The notes under the pieces were generated by a model. It saw nothing but the letters and a program-made list of their open reading frames with translations. It had not been told where the DNA came from and did no database searches. From Caldilineae bacterium (GTDB taxonomy: Bacteria; Chloroflexota; Anaerolineae; DTLA01): a DNA stretch of 36,908 bases. Positions 33,240 through 36,908 of this stretch are shown here, in pieces (position 1 is the first letter of the stretch; each line of letters starts with the position of its first letter). A program made the translations under genes and the position numbers. Location: positions 1-36,908 of the forward strand of contig JBBIHX010000012.1 of the NCBI GenBank assembly GCA_037446815.1, written 5' to 3'.

Positions 33240-34319
33240 GTGACCCGTTACATTGCACAGAGACTTGTTCTGCTTGTGCCGGTGCTGCTCGGCATCTTGG
33301 TAATCACGTTCTCCATGCTTCGCCTCATTCCGGGCGACCCCGCCCGCATCATGCTGGGGGAGCACGCCACCGAGGAATCCATCGCGCGATTCCGCGAGGC
33401 CATGGGCCTGGATGACCCCATCCACGTGCAGTTCTGGCGCTATCTCACCAACATCCTCCACGGCGACCTGGGCCGCGCCATCCGCACCAACGAGAAGGTA
33501 ACCGTGGAACTCATGCAGCGCCTCCCCGCCACGGTGGAACTCACGTTCGGGGCCATGTTCCTCGCCTGCCTCATCGGCATCATCGCGGGCATCATCTCCG
33601 CCTACTACCACAACAGCGTCATAGACTTGGGCACCATGGTGGGGGCGCTTGTCGGCGTGTCCATGCCCGTGTTTTGGCTGGGCCTCATCCTGATGTTCAT
33701 CTTCGGCTTCAAACTCAAGTGGCTTCCGCCGTCGGGCCGCCTCACCGTGGGCGTGGAACTCCAGAGCCTGACGGACTTCTTCCTGGCGGGCGCGGCCGAA
33801 GGCACGTGGCTCTACAAACTCAAGCCCATCACCGATTTCCTGTCCAACTTCTACATCCTCACCGCCGTTCTCACCGGCAACGGCAAGGCGCTGTGGGACA
33901 CGGTGAAGCACCTCATCCTGCCGTCGCTGGCGCTGGGCAGCATCCCCGCCGCCATCATCGCCCGCATGACCCGCTCCAGCCTGCTGGAGGTCCTCGGCGA
34001 GGACTACATCCGCACCGCGCGGGCGAAAGGGCTCGCCGAGCGCGTGGTCCTCTTCGGCCACGCCATGAAAAATGCCTTCCTGCCCATCATCACCGTTGTC
34101 GGCCTCCAATTCGGGTCGCTGCTGGGCGGCGCCATCCTCACCGAGACCATCTTCTCGTGGCCGGGCATGGGAAGGCTCGTCGTGGACCGCATCCTGGCGC
34201 GGGATTACCCCGTCGTGCAGGGGGCCGTCCTGGTGATCGCGCTCATCTTCGTCATCGTGAACCTGCTGGTGGACATCTCATACGCATACCTGGATCCTCG
34301 CATCCGGTACGGGAGTTAG
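33240..34319 (+). CDS. dppB: Dipeptide/oligopeptide ABC permease B
   Basis: IPGDPA, GLDDPIHVQF, RLPATVEL, EDYIRTARAKGL, ETIFSWPGMG, RDYPVVQG, LDPRIR. Confidence 0.9.
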   Translation: MTRYIAQRLVLLVPVLLGILVITFSMLRLIPGDPARIMLGEHATEESIARFREAMGLDDPIHVQFWRYLTNILHGDLGRAIRTNEKVTVELMQRLPATVELTFGAMFLACLIGIIAGIISAYYHNSVIDLGTMVGALVGVSMPVFWLGLILMFIFGFKLKWLPPSGRLTVGVELQSLTDFFLAGAAEGTWLYKLKPITDFLSNFYILTAVLTGNGKALWDTVKHLILPSLALGSIPAAIIARMTRSSLLEVLGEDYIRTARAKGLAERVVLFGHAMKNAFLPIITVVGLQFGSLLGGAILTETIFSWPGMGRLVVDRILARDYPVVQGAVLVIALIFVIVNLLVDISYAYLDPRIRYGS

Positions 34320-34322
34320 GCC

Positions 34323-35231
34323 ATGGCCGACGTACCTGAATCCATCCCAACCGCAAAGACGCGCGCCGCGGAGTTGCAACTCCCGCCGCAGACGACCCTG
34401 TACCTGGACGCGCTGCGCCGCCTGGTGCGCAACCGCCTGGCCATCGCCGGCATGGTCATCCTGGGGCTCCTGCTCATCTGCGCCATCTTCGCCGAGCAAC
34501 TGGCCCCCTACGACCCCATCGCCCAGGAACTGCTCCTGCGGCGCCAGCCCCCGTCGGCCCAGCACTGGATGGGCATGGACGAGGTGGGCCGCGACATCCT
34601 GAGCCGCGTCATCTTCGGCGCCCGCATCTCGCTGCAAATCGGCGTCGTGTCCGTCTCCCTGGCCATCGTCGTCGGGGCGCTGCTGGGCGCCATCGCCGGC
34701 TACAAGGGCGGCTGGGTGGATGACCTCATCATGCGCATCATGGATATCCTGCTGGCGTTCCCCAGCCTGCTGCTGGCCATCGCCGTGGTGGCCATCCTCG
34801 GCCCGGGGCTGATGAACATGCTGTACGCCATCGCCTTCGTGTCCATCCCCGTGTACGCCCGCATCGTCCGCGCGTCGGTGCTGTCGGTGAAGGCGCAGGA
34901 CTACATCCTGGCGGCGCGGGCCATCGGCGTGCCGTCCACGCGCATCCTGTTCCGCAACGTCTTGCCCAACTGCCTCACGCCGCTCATCGTGCAGGGCACG
35001 CTGGGCATCGCCACGGCCATCCTGGACGCCGCAGGCCTCAGTTTCCTGGGCCTGGGTGCTCGGCCCCCGACGCCCGAATGGGGCGCTATGCTGGGCCAGG
35101 GCCGCGGCTCCGTATTCACCGCGCCCCACATCGTCATCTTCCCTGGCCTAGCCATCATGATGACCGTCCTCGGGTTCAACCTGCTGGGCGACGGCCTGCG
35201 CGACGCCCTGGACCCCAGACTGCGAATCTAA
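34323..35231 (+). CDS. dppC: Dipeptide/oligopeptide ABC permease C
   Basis: HWMGMDEVGRDILSRVIFGARISL, YILAARAIG, LSFLGLG..PPTPEWG, LLGDGLRDALDPR. Confidence 0.9.
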   Translation: MADVPESIPTAKTRAAELQLPPQTTLYLDALRRLVRNRLAIAGMVILGLLLICAIFAEQLAPYDPIAQELLLRRQPPSAQHWMGMDEVGRDILSRVIFGARISLQIGVVSVSLAIVVGALLGAIAGYKGGWVDDLIMRIMDILLAFPSLLLAIAVVAILGPGLMNMLYAIAFVSIPVYARIVRASVLSVKAQDYILAARAIGVPSTRILFRNVLPNCLTPLIVQGTLGIATAILDAAGLSFLGLGARPPTPEWGAMLGQGRGSVFTAPHIVIFPGLAIMMTVLGFNLLGDGLRDALDPRLRI

Positions 35232-35258
35232 CCACTCCAAGAGTTGGGAGGTGCACGA

Positions 35259-36105
35259 GTGCCTGACGTTGAGAGACTAGAGAGAACCATAGAAACACGG
35301 ACAGCAGCCGCGCCGCTCCCCAAGGAGCGCGAACGATTTGACACCTGGTGGCTGCTGGTCATCGCGGTTATCTGCGTCGTAGCCCTGCTGGTCTTCGCCA
35401 AGCCGGACCCGTTCATGCGAATCGTTCTGTTCCTGCGCGACGGCATCGGCGTTACCGTTCGCATCACCGTGATCTCATTCGCCTTCATCCTTGTGGTCGG
35501 ACTCATCGGCGGCCTGGGGCGGCTGGCGAAGAACTGGCTCATCCACGGCATCGCGTCCCTGTACGTAGAGATCATCCGCGGCATCCCGCTGCTCGTGCAG
35601 TTGCTGTTCCTTTACTTCGCCTTCCCACAGGTGCTGGACACCGTGGGCGCGTGGCTGATGAAACTCTCGCCCGCGCTCCACGGCCCGGGCAAGTGGCTGG
35701 TGGACGTGAAGCCCGACCCCTTCGTCATGGCCGTGGCCGGCCTCACCATCTGCTACGGCGCGTACATGTCGGAAATCTACCGCGCCGGCATCCAGAGCAT
35801 CTCCAAAGGCCAGATGGAAGCAGCCCGCTCCCTGGGCATGTCCTACTTCCAGGCCATGCGCTACGTCATCCTGCCCCAGGCGGTGCGAGTTATCCTGCCC
35901 CCGGTGGGCAACGAGTTCGTGGCCCTGCTCAAGGACTCGTCGCTGGTATCCGTGGTCGCCGTGTCCGACATGACCCGCCGCGGACGCGAATTCATGTCCA
36001 GTTCGTTCATGTCGCTGGAAACCTGGACTATGGTCGCGCTGCTCTACCTGGTCATGACGCTGTTCGCGTCGCGGATCGTAGCCTTTATAGAAAGGAAGAC
36101 CGCCT

Positions 36106-36116
<11 letters not shown>
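35259..36116 (+). CDS. Polar amino acid ABC permease (GlnP/HisM family)
   Basis: [59 protein letters not shown] before GTG 35259. Confidence 0.92.
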
Positions 36117-36840
<724 letters not shown>

Positions 36841-36908
36841 AGAACGGGGCAAAGATACGGCGCGGAGTGTCTGAAAGCCGCGCAAGGCTAAAGCCGCCGC
36901 GCTGAGGG

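Overview
GC-rich bacterial scaffold in genetic code 11. Gene content and repeat style suggest an anaerobic Chloroflexota/Anaerolineae-like genome (inference). It has one 100-N gap. Left to right it carries: a ydcF-like gene and a radical SAM gene, thrC, a zinc-ribbon protein with a long structured leader, hicB plus a truncated hicA, a four-gene Tat-exported group 1 [NiFe]-hydrogenase operon (small subunit, large subunit, protease, HybA/HupX-like FeS protein), a ~1550-aa secreted glycoside-hydrolase-like/DNRLRE protein, yedF, an orphan OmpR-type regulator, a SIMPL lipoprotein, a GT-C-like membrane protein, a DUF523/DUF1722 protein, a NERD-like protein, plsX, tRNA-Leu(GAG), a livKHMGF operon, an MBL hydrolase, and a hybrid peptide/polar-amino-acid ABC operon. 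The standout result is in the hydrogenase large subunit, which the ORF track splits in two. It is one continuous frame in which BOTH cysteines of the N-terminal Ni-binding motif are in-frame TGA codons (QRI-TGA-GV-TGA-TTVH), followed by SECIS-like hairpins, while the C-terminal motif keeps Cys (DPCMAC). This predicts a di-selenocysteine (UxxU) hydrogenase, unlike canonical [NiFeSe] enzymes. The second highlight is a fused substrate-binding lipoprotein whose DppA-type module is circularly permuted.
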